Source of the DNA: Planctomycetota bacterium
GTDB lineage: Bacteria > Planctomycetota > Phycisphaerae > WQYP01
DNA length: 64,000 nucleotides
NCBI GenBank assembly: GCA_021810145.1
Contig: JAJZJL010000005.1
Location: forward strand, 4,667 to 68,666
Direction: 5' to 3'
The notes under the pieces were generated by a model. The model was given only the letters and a program-made list of their open reading frames with translations. It searched no databases and had not been told where the DNA came from. Of this stretch, positions 19,200 through 29,062 are shown piece by piece. Each line of letters opens with the position of its first letter. Position 1 is the stretch's first letter. The position numbers and the translations under genes are program-made.

Positions 19200-19976
19200 T
19201 TATTTTTGATTTTTCCGTTTGGCGCTGCGGGTTGCTCGCCGCTGCTTGCCTGACATGCTTTTGAGGTGCGTATACATATCGTGAACCGCCAAGATGGTCT
19301 CAAAGCGGGCAATGGTGGGATGATCCGGAGCAACTTGCTTAAATAAAGTCAGGGCAGTTCGTGCTTCATCTATTTTTTCGCGGACAAGATGATACCGCAC
19401 AATCATGTCGTAGAATGCGATAAATTCTGAAATATGAAATATCTTGCGATCCGGATACATCAGTGATAATTCAATGCGGCCATTGAGGATGGCCTCAGCT
19501 TTTGCCACTTCCTTGCGGCTGAGATAAATGCGGATGATTGCAGCGATTGCGAAGAGATAATCGGGGTGCCGCCGGTACAGGTCCTCGCAAATTCGATCCA
19601 TGTCTTCGATTTTTTCGAGCAAACCGTATACTCCGGCGAGATAATTGGCAATCTTGGCATCATCCGGAAAGGTATTGTGCAGTGCCTCAAGCTCGGAAAG
19701 CAGGGCCGGCAATGCCTCGGGTTCGTGCTGACTGGGGTGCAGTTCCTCATAGCGACTGGCGATTTCGGGCGTTTCGGGTGGGTTGCCTTCCGAAAGCGGT
19801 TCGTGGGTAATCTCATAGGAAACCATACGCAGGTGAGTTATCCGGTCGTCATGACGGGAGGGTGGCCGGCGGCCAGCCTTAATCATGGCAGCGGCCTGTT
19901 TAATGGCGCGGTCTGCAAGCGCATCACAAGCGTTTTCGTAATGATCAGGTGGTTGAACTGTGTGATTGTTTTCCAT
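19200..19976 (-). CDS. TPR-like helical repeat hypothetical protein
   Basis: FPDDAKIANYLAGVY, HPDYLFAIAA and APDHP helical-repeat turns. Confidence 0.65.
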   Translation of the reverse strand: MENNHTVQPPDHYENACDALADRAIKQAAAMIKAGRRPPSRHDDRITHLRMVSYEITHEPLSEGNPPETPEIASRYEELHPSQHEPEALPALLSELEALHNTFPDDAKIANYLAGVYGLLEKIEDMDRICEDLYRRHPDYLFAIAAIIRIYLSRKEVAKAEAILNGRIELSLMYPDRKIFHISEFIAFYDMIVRYHLVREKIDEARTALTLFKQVAPDHPTIARFETILAVHDMYTHLKSMSGKQRRATRSAKRKNQK

Positions 19977-20069
19977 GGGGATTAACATTACCGGTATTGC
20001 AAAAAATATACAACGGTGGTGAACACACGCAAAATGGGCCACCGCACGATATGTCCGAGAAACAGGGGA

Positions 20070-21419
20070 TTATTCATTTTGAGCTGCCGCATTTGCGGAT
20101 TCAGACAGCGGCATCGTCGGGCCACCGCCAGATTTGGGATGTCCCGCATACTCGGCGTTGTCCCTGAAACGGGCGGTTAAAATAACGGCAGCCAACGTCA
20201 GCGATGACCAAAGTACCACATCCACTGTATCGACATAATGCCGGCCATTGGGGCCTAGTACCTTGGCCAGTTCCGATGTCCAGAGCATGAGGAAAGCGGT
20301 TAAGCTTAACGCAAACCATGCAAATTTGCGGCTGCCGACACTGGCAAATGTGTCTTCCGCGATCATTCCCACCGCCATTAACGCAAAAATCAGCGTGACA
20401 TAATGCGGCACCCAGGTGCGTTCAGACGCCCAGAGCATGAACATGCCCACACAGGCAATTTCCATGGCGTAACGCCGGGTTCGCAAGCTCGGCAGTTTCT
20501 TGCGAGCCCACCAGATGCCACCGGCGGCAATGATCAGTACGATGATGCGACCGATTAAATGCGCGGTTTTCTGCGGCAGGCGGACCACGGTTAAGTAATG
20601 ATTATGTACCACGCCGCCATGGATGGTTTTCCACGCCGGCACATGGGCAAACAGTCGCAGGATAAATTCCGGAATCGACTCGCCATTGCCGAACTTGATT
20701 TTATCATGCAGGATGTAGGGCGCAATCATGATATGCCCCCATTGACCCAGCCAGGTAATATTCTGATTCCATCCAAAAAATATCGCCGGGACAAGAAAGA
20801 TCCATATTCCAATTCCCGCCACGATGGCTGAACCAATCAACCAGCGGCGGCGAAACAGAAAATAGGCCAGAAATGCCAGCGGCGTTACCTTGATACAGAT
20901 CGCCATGGCCACCAGCAGTCCGGCCATGACATCGCCCGCAGGCGTTTCTTCCTGTGCCATCCATAACCCGGCGGCCAGAGGCAGCAGCATCAGCAGGTTC
21001 ATCTGCCCTTCCTGAATATCTCCGATAACCGGAAAGAACCAGCCCGCGCCGATCAGCAATAGCGCGCCAGGCAGCACGTTGCCGCCGCCACGGCGAATAA
21101 TGGATAATGCCAGAAGGAAAATGGGCACAAAGAAAAAAGGCTTGCACATGACCCATGCCGCCTGCGCATCGGGACGCGACAGCAGTGTAAATGGGGCCAC
21201 AAACAGCATCGCAAACGGAGGCAACGGAAAGCGATCACTGCGATAGGGCTTGTGATCATGGATAAACAGCGGCACGGTCTTCATGTAGGAATCGAAGGCG
21301 TCAATATGTTTTTGCCGCGTCATTTCATGGACTATTTTATGATGAGCCTGCACCGCCAGAACAACCGTGGCGATTGCGACAATAATAAGGGTAATAGTGA
21401 GAATCAATCGGCGGGACAT
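20070..21419 (-). CDS. GT-C membrane glycosyltransferase, family 87 (DUF2029)
   Basis: FPLPPFAMLFVAPF, QEGQMNLL, AICIKVTP, W.PHY motifs; multiple TMs; AGGAG SD. Confidence 0.85.
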   Translation of the reverse strand: MSRRLILTITLIIVAIATVVLAVQAHHKIVHEMTRQKHIDAFDSYMKTVPLFIHDHKPYRSDRFPLPPFAMLFVAPFTLLSRPDAQAAWVMCKPFFFVPIFLLALSIIRRGGGNVLPGALLLIGAGWFFPVIGDIQEGQMNLLMLLPLAAGLWMAQEETPAGDVMAGLLVAMAICIKVTPLAFLAYFLFRRRWLIGSAIVAGIGIWIFLVPAIFFGWNQNITWLGQWGHIMIAPYILHDKIKFGNGESIPEFILRLFAHVPAWKTIHGGVVHNHYLTVVRLPQKTAHLIGRIIVLIIAAGGIWWARKKLPSLRTRRYAMEIACVGMFMLWASERTWVPHYVTLIFALMAVGMIAEDTFASVGSRKFAWFALSLTAFLMLWTSELAKVLGPNGRHYVDTVDVVLWSSLTLAAVILTARFRDNAEYAGHPKSGGGPTMPLSESANAAAQNE

Positions 21420-21629
21420 GGAACTCCTGCATTTGTCATAAAGCTGATCGGCATGGGCCGCGGCAATGTTTGCGGGCGTACAAACCGCACCCGACAGATG
21501 GCTGTCTCCGGCCTTACCGGAAACCCAAACGCCCTTCTGCCGGCCCCGTAAACCAGTTGCCGTAAGCTGCGGGGCACGGGCGCAAATGGTAATCGTTCCG
21601 GTCCCCGCCGGTAGCGACATCGCGCAATG

Positions 21630-22511
21630 CTACATCAGTTTCTTTCCCATCAGCTTTTCCAGCACGCGTAACGGAGATTTCTCCGGATTTTTCATCGCTT
21701 CCACCGGCAGCAGATAGGTCTGCTCCAGTAAATACTGCCCGGCATCCACCGCGTGCAGTACTTCATCGGTAAAGCACGTCCACGTGCAGTGAGGAGGAAA
21801 CACAAACGGTATCTGAGGCGCGGAGTGCTGATAGCGATCATCCATTTTTCCCTGATCATGCAATTGCAGCATGTAATGATCGTACATCGTGCGCGGCGTA
21901 CGGGTGATGCGCAGCATGTACATAAGGTCCCGGCTGCCCGGGAATGGTGCCTTAAGCCGCGGGACAAACTTTCCGGCAAAGTCGGCAAAGGGTTCGCCGA
22001 TGCGCCAATCGCGGCCTTTACCTTCGGGGTTGACGTTGCAGAAAATTCGGATGATTCGCTTGCCGCCTACGGGCCGAGCCGGGAATTGATCCGGGTGCAG
22101 CCGTGTATCATCTTTTGTCACTTTGCTGACCCGGCCCTTGATTTCGACGGGGCGGTAGCTGGTTCGCATGCGCAGCAGGGCGGCTTTGTATTGTGGAAAA
22201 AGTCCCTGCATGAGCGTCAGCGTGCTTTCGGAATAGCGCTTTAATAATGCGGCCAATTCGTGTTGGGCGGTCTGGTCGCCTTCCATTCCCTGAATGCGGC
22301 CATTGCGATGGTCATAGCTGATATTTTTGGCGGCACCATTGCTCCAGACCGGGGTAAGAAATTTCTGTTCTTCCGGGTTAAATTGGAAATCGAGCTTGGG
22401 CAGATAGACCACATTGCCCGATTCCATGGCCGCGGTGGCTCCATCTTGCTGTGCCGGGGTAAAAGGACCGTTCCATTGAGTTAAATCCACTGTATAAAGC
22501 CGATCGGTCAT
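21630..22511 (-). CDS. kdoO: Kdo hydroxylase (KdoO family, Fe/2-OG dioxygenase)
   Basis: AKNISYD, RTSYRP, DDTRLHPDQFP.RP, RIFCNVNP, R..YDHYMLQLHD, FTDEVLHAV..GQY.LEQT. Confidence 0.88.
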   Translation of the reverse strand: MTDRLYTVDLTQWNGPFTPAQQDGATAAMESGNVVYLPKLDFQFNPEEQKFLTPVWSNGAAKNISYDHRNGRIQGMEGDQTAQHELAALLKRYSESTLTLMQGLFPQYKAALLRMRTSYRPVEIKGRVSKVTKDDTRLHPDQFPARPVGGKRIIRIFCNVNPEGKGRDWRIGEPFADFAGKFVPRLKAPFPGSRDLMYMLRITRTPRTMYDHYMLQLHDQGKMDDRYQHSAPQIPFVFPPHCTWTCFTDEVLHAVDAGQYLLEQTYLLPVEAMKNPEKSPLRVLEKLMGKKLM

Positions 22512-22830
22512 AGTCTGCTCCGCATAACCGGCAATCCTGCCGCGATTACCAATGGCCGATAGCATAACGTAGAAGTGGGCAAATATTCCACCAGCAACAG
22601 CGGCGAAGCCAGGGTGCTTGCCCATTGTTAGCGAGAATCGCCGGAGATTGTGGCTATTGACGTGCGATTTCGTGGTCATGGTGGCAAATGCGCGACTTCA
22701 TCGGCCAGAGTTGGAATTGGGTTATACCATTGGGAAATCCCGCTCCCCTGACCGCTTATTTCCGAAGAGCAATGGCGTTGTGCTTGGCGGTACGAGCGGA
22801 ACTTGGGGTTGGGATGCGGGGTAAATGGTT

Positions 22831-22896
22831 TTGCGCTAATGGCAAAAAGTTTTGCGCTGTTGATAGTGGCGATGGGGAAAATCGGCAAATTATAAT
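22831..22896 (+). promoter_or_regulatory. Putative AraC/XylR-type direct-repeat operator plus -10 box
   Basis: TTGCGC at 22831 and 22852 (21-bp period, A-rich spacer), then TATAAT at 22891; same layout as 25240-25303. Confidence 0.55.
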
Positions 22897-23004
22897 TCCC
22901 GTTTGAATTCACGCGCCCGCGATTCCGTTATGTGGCTGTGGCGGCCGGAGGGATGTCGCGATCTACTAGAGCGCAGATTGCGGCGGAAGCTGGGATTGGT
23001 TCTC

Positions 23005-23032
23005 GCTCCCGCGGACCGCGTGAGTTTTTTTT
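23005..23032 (+). terminator. Possible intrinsic terminator
   Basis: GCTC-C-CGCG/GAC/CGCG-T-GAG stem with one mismatch, followed by T8. Confidence 0.45.
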
Positions 23033-23365
23033 CAAAAATTGCTTCCCATGTGTACGCTCGTGCCACCCCTGCAGACCAGTTCCTCGCCAAGCTGCGGAAC
23101 GGTGCCGGTAAATGCATGCGATTGGTTGGATTTGCCGGCTTAAGCCGCGGCAGATGATTTCAGCACCGAACGGTATGTGCACGCAGGAATTCTCCGTGTT
23201 CCACTCGCTTAATTGCCGCTTCCGCGTGGTATCGCCCATGACCCGCCGGGCCCGTTGAGAACGGAACTCCGGCAGGTCGCTACTTGAACTTCTGAGCCAG
23301 CCGATTGTTTTCGAATCACGCGGGTTATCGCCACTGGCTTGCGTCTTTCGGGTTGTGCGCAACCG

Positions 23366-23911
23366 TCAGGGCTGGCACGGCTTGGCGAAAGTCGTCGATG
23401 AGCAATGCGGAGCAGTGGCTATCTGGGAGCCAACCGGTCCCGTGAGCGGATACCATTGCGAACCTTTGGCCGGCAGGCGTACCAGCGTGCCGTTGGCAAC
23501 AAGCATCCGATATTTCGACAAGTCAGCGTTGTACCGCATTGCTTGCTGCGGCGTCATCGATTCTGCTGGCGGATTTGCGAGATATTTCTTCGCCGCCTTT
23601 GCCTGCGGGGAGTATTTCATCAGGTAGCCCACTTTTTTGTCACCGCATGTGCTGCAGGTGAACATGAACGCTCGCACCAGCGTGTCTTTGCCGCCGGCTC
23701 CCTTTAACGGAGGAATAGCCGTTGCCGGTTCAGTTGTAATTCTGCCGTTGGCAAGGTCGTAGAAATAATAACTGCTCGGTGCCGATGGGGCGCTGACCGG
23801 TTTTAATTCCCAGGCCACCAAGCCCAGCGCCACGCACATCATCACAATGCCGCCGATGATAAATGGCTTTTGATCCTGGTTCATTTTGTCACGAATGCCT
23901 TGAAATGCCAT
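23366..23911 (-). CDS. Membrane-anchored hypothetical protein with Cys pairs
   Basis: N-terminal TM, YYFYDLANG, AIPP, FTCSTC and C-terminal C...C; GAAAGGA SD. Confidence 0.75.
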   Translation of the reverse strand: MAFQGIRDKMNQDQKPFIIGGIVMMCVALGLVAWELKPVSAPSAPSSYYFYDLANGRITTEPATAIPPLKGAGGKDTLVRAFMFTCSTCGDKKVGYLMKYSPQAKAAKKYLANPPAESMTPQQAMRYNADLSKYRMLVANGTLVRLPAKGSQWYPLTGPVGSQIATAPHCSSTTFAKPCQP

Positions 23912-23954
23912 GGAGCAATTCCTTTCAAAAAAGAATATCTGTTGACGCAACGCT

Positions 23955-25208
23955 TTAGAATGACATCATCTGTCCGCTGTTGTTCCGCCGATACGCCGAT
24001 GGTGTCATTCCTATCATCCGCTTGAACATCACGTTAAATACCGTTTCACTGCGGAATCCCGATTCTTCGGCAATTTTCCACATGGGCTTATCCGATTCAA
24101 TAATCAGTTGCCTCGCCCGATCCACATGCGCACGCCATATTTCATCCTGCAGTGTGGAGCGGGTTAAAGCTTTGAATCGCATTTCCAGGCTGCGCCGCGA
24201 TACCAGCACCCGGGATAGCACATCATTAATGTGTATTGGCTCATGGGCGTGGGCGCGAATAAACTTGTATGCCTCGGCCACATCGGGATCCTGATACGCT
24301 GTAACATCGGTGGATTCCCGTTGTACCACCGGCAGCGGCGCAATGAAAATTGGCTCCCGCGGCGCGGCCTTTCCCAGCATCAGATCATTAAGTGTTTGTG
24401 CCGCCTGTCTGGCCACGAGTCTACCATTGAGGGGAATACTGCTGAGCCGTGGCGTACTCATCATGCAGACCCATTGCGCGTTATCCACGCCGCACACGGC
24501 GATATCGTTTGGCACACCAAAGCCTTCTTCTTTGGCCATACGGATGGCTTCGTACGCAAAGCGATCCATACAGGTAAATAGCGCGATGGGCTTGGGAAGA
24601 TTTTTCAGCCATTTTCGCAATTCAAGCTGCTGTTCCTCATTCTGGAACCGCCACCAGTCCGGCACGGTGTTATCATATAAATGTACGGAAAATCCGAGCT
24701 TTTTCAGCGTGGCAAAATAGCCCGCCCGGCGCAGGCGTTCCCAGGGAAATGTTGTCGCCTCACACATGCCGTAGTATGCAAACGTGCGAAACCCTTTGGA
24801 CGCCAGATGCTCCGCAGCCTGCACGCCCACGACATAATCATCGGGGATTACCTGGGCAAAAGGTGTATGGTCCTGAAAGTGAGGGGTGGCAACCACAGGT
24901 ATTTTTGATTGTTCCAATGCGGTGAGTGTTTCCTGATCATCCCAATGGCCAATAATGGCTCCATCAATTCGCCCGGCGGCGATATCCTGCGGGCCGACCT
25001 CCCCCAATGTCGCAATCAGTGTGCGCCAGTTGCCAATTTCCGTGGCGAACCGGGCGATTTCCATGGCCACCTGTTCGCTGTATGTGCCGATTTCGCGGGA
25101 TAAATATGCCACGCGCAGCTTGCCGCGGTTCGAGCGGCGTTTCTGGCCGCGGCCCGGCGGTTTGCCGGCGCGGCTTGTTTCTCGGTTATTTGTCTTCATG
25201 TGCGGCAT
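23955..25208 (-). CDS. xylR: XylR-type transcriptional regulator (LacI-like sugar-binding domain + AraC HTH)
   Basis: WLKNLPKPIALF, VPNDIAVCGVDN, LSSI, VVQRESTD, VSRRSLEMRFK, IAEESGF, GMTPSAYRR. Confidence 0.9.
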   Translation of the reverse strand: MPHMKTNNRETSRAGKPPGRGQKRRSNRGKLRVAYLSREIGTYSEQVAMEIARFATEIGNWRTLIATLGEVGPQDIAAGRIDGAIIGHWDDQETLTALEQSKIPVVATPHFQDHTPFAQVIPDDYVVGVQAAEHLASKGFRTFAYYGMCEATTFPWERLRRAGYFATLKKLGFSVHLYDNTVPDWWRFQNEEQQLELRKWLKNLPKPIALFTCMDRFAYEAIRMAKEEGFGVPNDIAVCGVDNAQWVCMMSTPRLSSIPLNGRLVARQAAQTLNDLMLGKAAPREPIFIAPLPVVQRESTDVTAYQDPDVAEAYKFIRAHAHEPIHINDVLSRVLVSRRSLEMRFKALTRSTLQDEIWRAHVDRARQLIIESDKPMWKIAEESGFRSETVFNVMFKRMIGMTPSAYRRNNSGQMMSF

Positions 25209-25239
25209 TGTACCGGCGGATTAGATTCGCGGCACGGAA

Positions 25240-25303
25240 TTGCGCAAACGATAAATATTTTTGCGCTAACCATTCTTGTGGCGGATGTTTAGATGGTTAT
25301 AGT
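25240..25303 (+). promoter_or_regulatory. Putative XylR-type operator and promoter of the glycan operon
   Basis: TTGCGC at 25240 and 25261 (21-bp period), then TATAGT at 25298; in the spacer divergent from xylR. Confidence 0.6.
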
Positions 25304-25438
25304 TGAAACAATGAAGGGACGGCCTGGCTGGTAGCCTGAAGACAAGTTGGCTGTCCTGAGCTGGAGTTTAATTTACAGGTTCAATAGTACGTACCAATGT
25401 GCGTTCACAGTCTCTTTTTTTTAGAAAGGGAAGACGTT

Positions 25439-26482
25439 ATGCCAGGTTCAACAAAGTATTGCCGTACCGGGCGTGGCTTCACGCTTATTGAGTTGCTCGT
25501 GGTAATATCCATCATCGCTCTGCTGATTGCGCTGTTGTTGCCCGCGCTGGCCAGGGCCAAAGCGTCCGCATTGACTGTCTCTTGCGGATCAAATCTGCGT
25601 CAACTTGGGCTGGTGGCTCAGATGTACGCCAACGACAATCTGGGGATGCTGCCCTTTGCCGAGGGGCCTCCAGGCGGCCAGATTGGCGCACCGAGTAACG
25701 GCAATCTTACTGGTCCAACGCAGGCGGCGCTGGCCGGTGATGTATCGACATGGATGCTGCAGTTTCAGCCGTATCTGCAGTCGCAACCGCTCTCGCCACT
25801 TGCACAATACAATATGTGGCAGTGGCCGATTCCGTACCCGGGTTCCCCGGAAGGCTGGAGTGGGTTCTCCAAGGTGTTCATGTGCCCCGCAGCGTCAGTG
25901 TTGACCGGCGGTAATGCCTGGCCCGTACAGGGGCAAAACTCGTACCAGGCCAATGAGGAACTCTTTCCGTTGGCCCCGTATGTGCTTCCCAATTGGCCGG
26001 GTGAATCCGTTTACAAGCTGGCCAATCTGGGGGGACGTGGCTCGCAAGTGGTAATGTTCACAGATGGCCTGCGCTCAAGAAATTCCAGTGGTTTGACCAT
26101 CGGCCTCACCCAGCCAAGTGATTTCTGGGGAACCTTGCACGGGAACGGCATTACCGGTTTCTGGAACGGAACGACCAATGTCATTAACTACTTTGGTGAT
26201 CCGATCAGCGCAACGGCAGCTAACCCCAGTGCCAACCCACAGCAGGGAATTACTCCCGGTCCTGATCAATCGGGTCCGGCCGACACGTGGCAGACAACCT
26301 ACTGGCTCCGCTGGCGGCACGGGTACGGTAATACGCACTCTGTGAACTGTGTGTTCGGCGATGACCACGTCGAGACTTTCTCGTACACCGCCAGCGTGCC
26401 TGGTGGAAGCAATCCCAGTAAACCTCCAATCAGCAATCTGCCAACCGAAGATTTCATGGCGACGGCACCGGGTGGCCAATAA
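25439..26482 (+). CDS. Prepilin-type N-terminal cleavage/methylation protein (DUF1559 / H-X9-DG type)
   Basis: [35 protein letters not shown]...MYANDN, FMCPA, RHG...[10 protein letters not shown]. Confidence 0.92.
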   Translation: MPGSTKYCRTGRGFTLIELLVVISIIALLIALLLPALARAKASALTVSCGSNLRQLGLVAQMYANDNLGMLPFAEGPPGGQIGAPSNGNLTGPTQAALAGDVSTWMLQFQPYLQSQPLSPLAQYNMWQWPIPYPGSPEGWSGFSKVFMCPAASVLTGGNAWPVQGQNSYQANEELFPLAPYVLPNWPGESVYKLANLGGRGSQVVMFTDGLRSRNSSGLTIGLTQPSDFWGTLHGNGITGFWNGTTNVINYFGDPISATAANPSANPQQGITPGPDQSGPADTWQTTYWLRWRHGYGNTHSVNCVFGDDHVETFSYTASVPGGSNPSKPPISNLPTEDFMATAPGGQ

Positions 26483-26499
26483 GATAATTTTCTGAATTC

Positions 26500-26524
26500 C
26501 CCACGGGTCGAGGCGGCCCGTGGG
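26500..26524 (+). terminator. GC-rich hairpin after the prepilin gene
   Basis: CCCACGGG...CCCGTGGG inverted repeat; weak U-tract. Confidence 0.45.
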
Positions 26525-26711
26525 CTTGCGGTGATTCGGCGGCTGCGAGAGGGGACGCGAACGGCATTCTTTTGTCGCCGCATCTGCGAATATTTCTGGT
26601 AATGATCGTGGTGCCCTTGGCACGGAAGGATTCAATGTCGTGTCCTTTTGCCACAGGGTGGAGCGCATGGGCCGGCTCGTAACAGGCTCGCACATTAGAA
26701 GGAGAGTTTCA

Positions 26712-27635
26712 ATGAAAACTCAACTGCACAGTACGGGACGATTTCTGGGAATCGGAATGGCGGCGGCATCGGCAACACTGCTGGTATCTGCCGGGAACCA
26801 TGCTCAGGCTGCACCATACAGCGGAACAAACGCCATCAATTTTGCGCTTTATTGGGGTAACCCATCCGGAGCTCAAGCGTATACCGGCTACTCCGGGACC
26901 GGCGCGGATACAACTGATAGCGGAACGACTTGGAACAACCTTAATATCTACAGCACGCAGGGGGCAAATAATTATGGATACGTCAGCGGGGGTATTAGTG
27001 CCGGACCTTCCCCGGCAGTCACGTCTGGTACCAGCGTGGCGTCCACCATTTATGACTCAGGGGGCACGGCAACAGACGTATCGGTCAATGTTGCACCCAG
27101 CTCGACCAACTCTGGGGGAGCCTCATCGGGCTACGCAAATTTCCCTGGGCCGACCGCGGTTGTAAAGGCCATGTTTTACTCAAAGTCCGGTTCGAGCGGA
27201 GCTTACCCGGTGGATATTTCTGGCCTCGCCTCAGATGGACAATACGACCTTTACCTCTTTGGTGTCGACGACTTCTCGGGAACTGGTTCCGGATTTTCGT
27301 TAGCGGCCGCGAACCAGATCGCAGGTGATTCAGCTTACGCATCAACTTCGGGGATCGCGAGCAGTTGGGCCACCGCCGGTGATATTTTTAATCCGGCAGA
27401 CCCTGCCGCCACCAAGGGCACGGTTTGGACGGTACTGCACGCTCAGGCGGACGCAAATGGGAATCTCACATTCTATTTCCAGCCCCTTACCGGCGGCGGG
27501 GCCGGTTACCTGAATGCCTTCCAGTTGCAACCCGTTGCGGCGACTCCTGAGCCTGCCACTGTGGCTCTGCTTGGTGTTGCGGCCGGTGCGGGCTTATTGC
27601 TGACCTCGCGGCGAAAGCGGGCTGTAAATTCCTGA
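26712..27635 (+). CDS. PEP-CTERM surface protein
   Basis: Signal peptide (AQA), Gly/Ser/Thr-rich body, C-terminal TPEPATVALLGVAAGAGLLLTSRRKR; AGGAG SD. Confidence 0.92.
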   Translation: MKTQLHSTGRFLGIGMAAASATLLVSAGNHAQAAPYSGTNAINFALYWGNPSGAQAYTGYSGTGADTTDSGTTWNNLNIYSTQGANNYGYVSGGISAGPSPAVTSGTSVASTIYDSGGTATDVSVNVAPSSTNSGGASSGYANFPGPTAVVKAMFYSKSGSSGAYPVDISGLASDGQYDLYLFGVDDFSGTGSGFSLAAANQIAGDSAYASTSGIASSWATAGDIFNPADPAATKGTVWTVLHAQADANGNLTFYFQPLTGGGAGYLNAFQLQPVAATPEPATVALLGVAAGAGLLLTSRRKRAVNS

Positions 27636-27659
27636 CGTGTGTCTCAATCCACCTTCCTG

Positions 27660-27699
27660 AAGCCGGCCGCCTGATTTAATAGAAAGGGCGGCCGGCTTT
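27660..27699 (+). terminator. Hairpin after the PEP-CTERM gene
   Basis: AAGCCGGCCGCC ... GGCGGCCGGCTT inverted repeat followed by a short T run. Confidence 0.55.
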
Positions 27700-27916
27700 G
27701 TCCAAAGAAACTTTGCTCTTGGGGGTTTACTTGCGGTTAAGCGGATCGATTTGGGACTTGCTGACGCAGCGGGGACCGGCTTGGGGAATTCGTGATATTA
27801 CAAACGGCCAATCCCATGATGGCGCTTTTCCGGCAGCACCGCAGCCGTGCTGCGCGCAAATGTACCGGACCTCCGGCATTGTCAGGCACGTTATCCGTGA
27901 TGGTATCAGGAAAATA

Positions 27917-29062
27917 ATGCAAAAGTTGTCTCATCGGCGTTGCGGCAAGTTGCCGGCCACACGGTATGCGCGCATGGCCCAACGGGCTTTTATGGCATTG
28001 ATCTGGTCATTACCGGGATTAGTACCGTTTGCCACCACGCTGCCCGCCAGTGCGCAGATACGGGTCGTAGGTTCGCGGCGCGTCCTGCCCGCACCGGTTG
28101 ATTCAGGTGCCATGTCCCTGCACACTTCGGGCAGACAACTGCTTTACGCCAATGGTAAACTCGCCGTTCTCCACGGTGTTTCCATGGCCGCAAAACCCGG
28201 TACACCGAACTGGACGCATATTCGGCAATCTGTTGCGGTAGCCGTTAAAACATGGCACAGCCAACTCATTGTTCTGCCACTTTCACAGGATGCGTGGTTT
28301 GGAAAATGGCCGCAATCACACCACGGCGGAGCGGAATATCGTCATACGGTTGATGCGCTCGTGCAATATTGTGCCGCGCATCATGCATATATAAACTTGA
28401 CCCTGCAATGGACGGATATGGGGCGTTGGGGAAAATATCCCGGCCGACATCGCATGCCGGATGGCAACTCGGTGCGATTCTGGCGCTCTGTGGCGGGGCG
28501 CTATAAGCATTATTCCAATGTGCTGCTGGGATTGTTTTCATCGCCCAATGGGGTGGATTGGCATACCTGGCTTTATGGCGGCGTATGCACGGAAGAATCC
28601 GCCAGCCGCGTTATCGCCTATCGTGCGGCCGGCATGCAGGAACTGTACAACACGGTCCGGGCGGCGGGCGCGGATAATGTTGTGGTAGTGCCCGGATGCC
28701 GTAATGGTTATGACCTTTTTGGCGTGCTCCATGGCTTTGCCATTCGCGGGCATAATGTGGCATACGCCACCAGGGTGTATCCATGGATGAAGAACTGGAA
28801 TGTTAACTTTATACTGCCCGCCAGGCGTGTACCGGTGCTGGTGGCACAATGGGGTGAATCATCAAAACAATTGACGTATGACCGCCGGCTTGGTCACGTA
28901 ATGATGGTAAATAGACTCAGTTGGGCAGCGGCCAATTTTGGTATCGGTCCGCCCTGGCCGGCATTGCTTCAAGGTTGGAATTATAAGCCGACAAAACTTG
29001 GCGCAATCGTGAAAGCCGCCATGGCGTCAGCGGATCGCGGGCATCAGGGGGACCGTCAATGA
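27917..29062 (+). CDS. GH5-fold protein, catalytic glutamates replaced (probable pseudo-glycosidase)
   Basis: Collinear with the next gene, but LFSSP replaces LYNEP, VAQWG replaces FDEFG, IVLP replaces IRIP and LTLQW replaces LDLHW. Confidence 0.8.
   Translation: MQKLSHRRCGKLPATRYARMAQRAFMALIWSLPGLVPFATTLPASAQIRVVGSRRVLPAPVDSGAMSLHTSGRQLLYANGKLAVLHGVSMAAKPGTPNWTHIRQSVAVAVKTWHSQLIVLPLSQDAWFGKWPQSHHGGAEYRHTVDALVQYCAAHHAYINLTLQWTDMGRWGKYPGRHRMPDGNSVRFWRSVAGRYKHYSNVLLGLFSSPNGVDWHTWLYGGVCTEESASRVIAYRAAGMQELYNTVRAAGADNVVVVPGCRNGYDLFGVLHGFAIRGHNVAYATRVYPWMKNWNVNFILPARRVPVLVAQWGESSKQLTYDRRLGHVMMVNRLSWAAANFGIGPPWPALLQGWNYKPTKLGAIVKAAMASADRGHQGDRQ

Noticed and set aside
22928-23362. 144-aa minus-strand ORF and overlapping short ORFs
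   Set aside because: No SD, no motifs and atypical composition; treated as non-coding.
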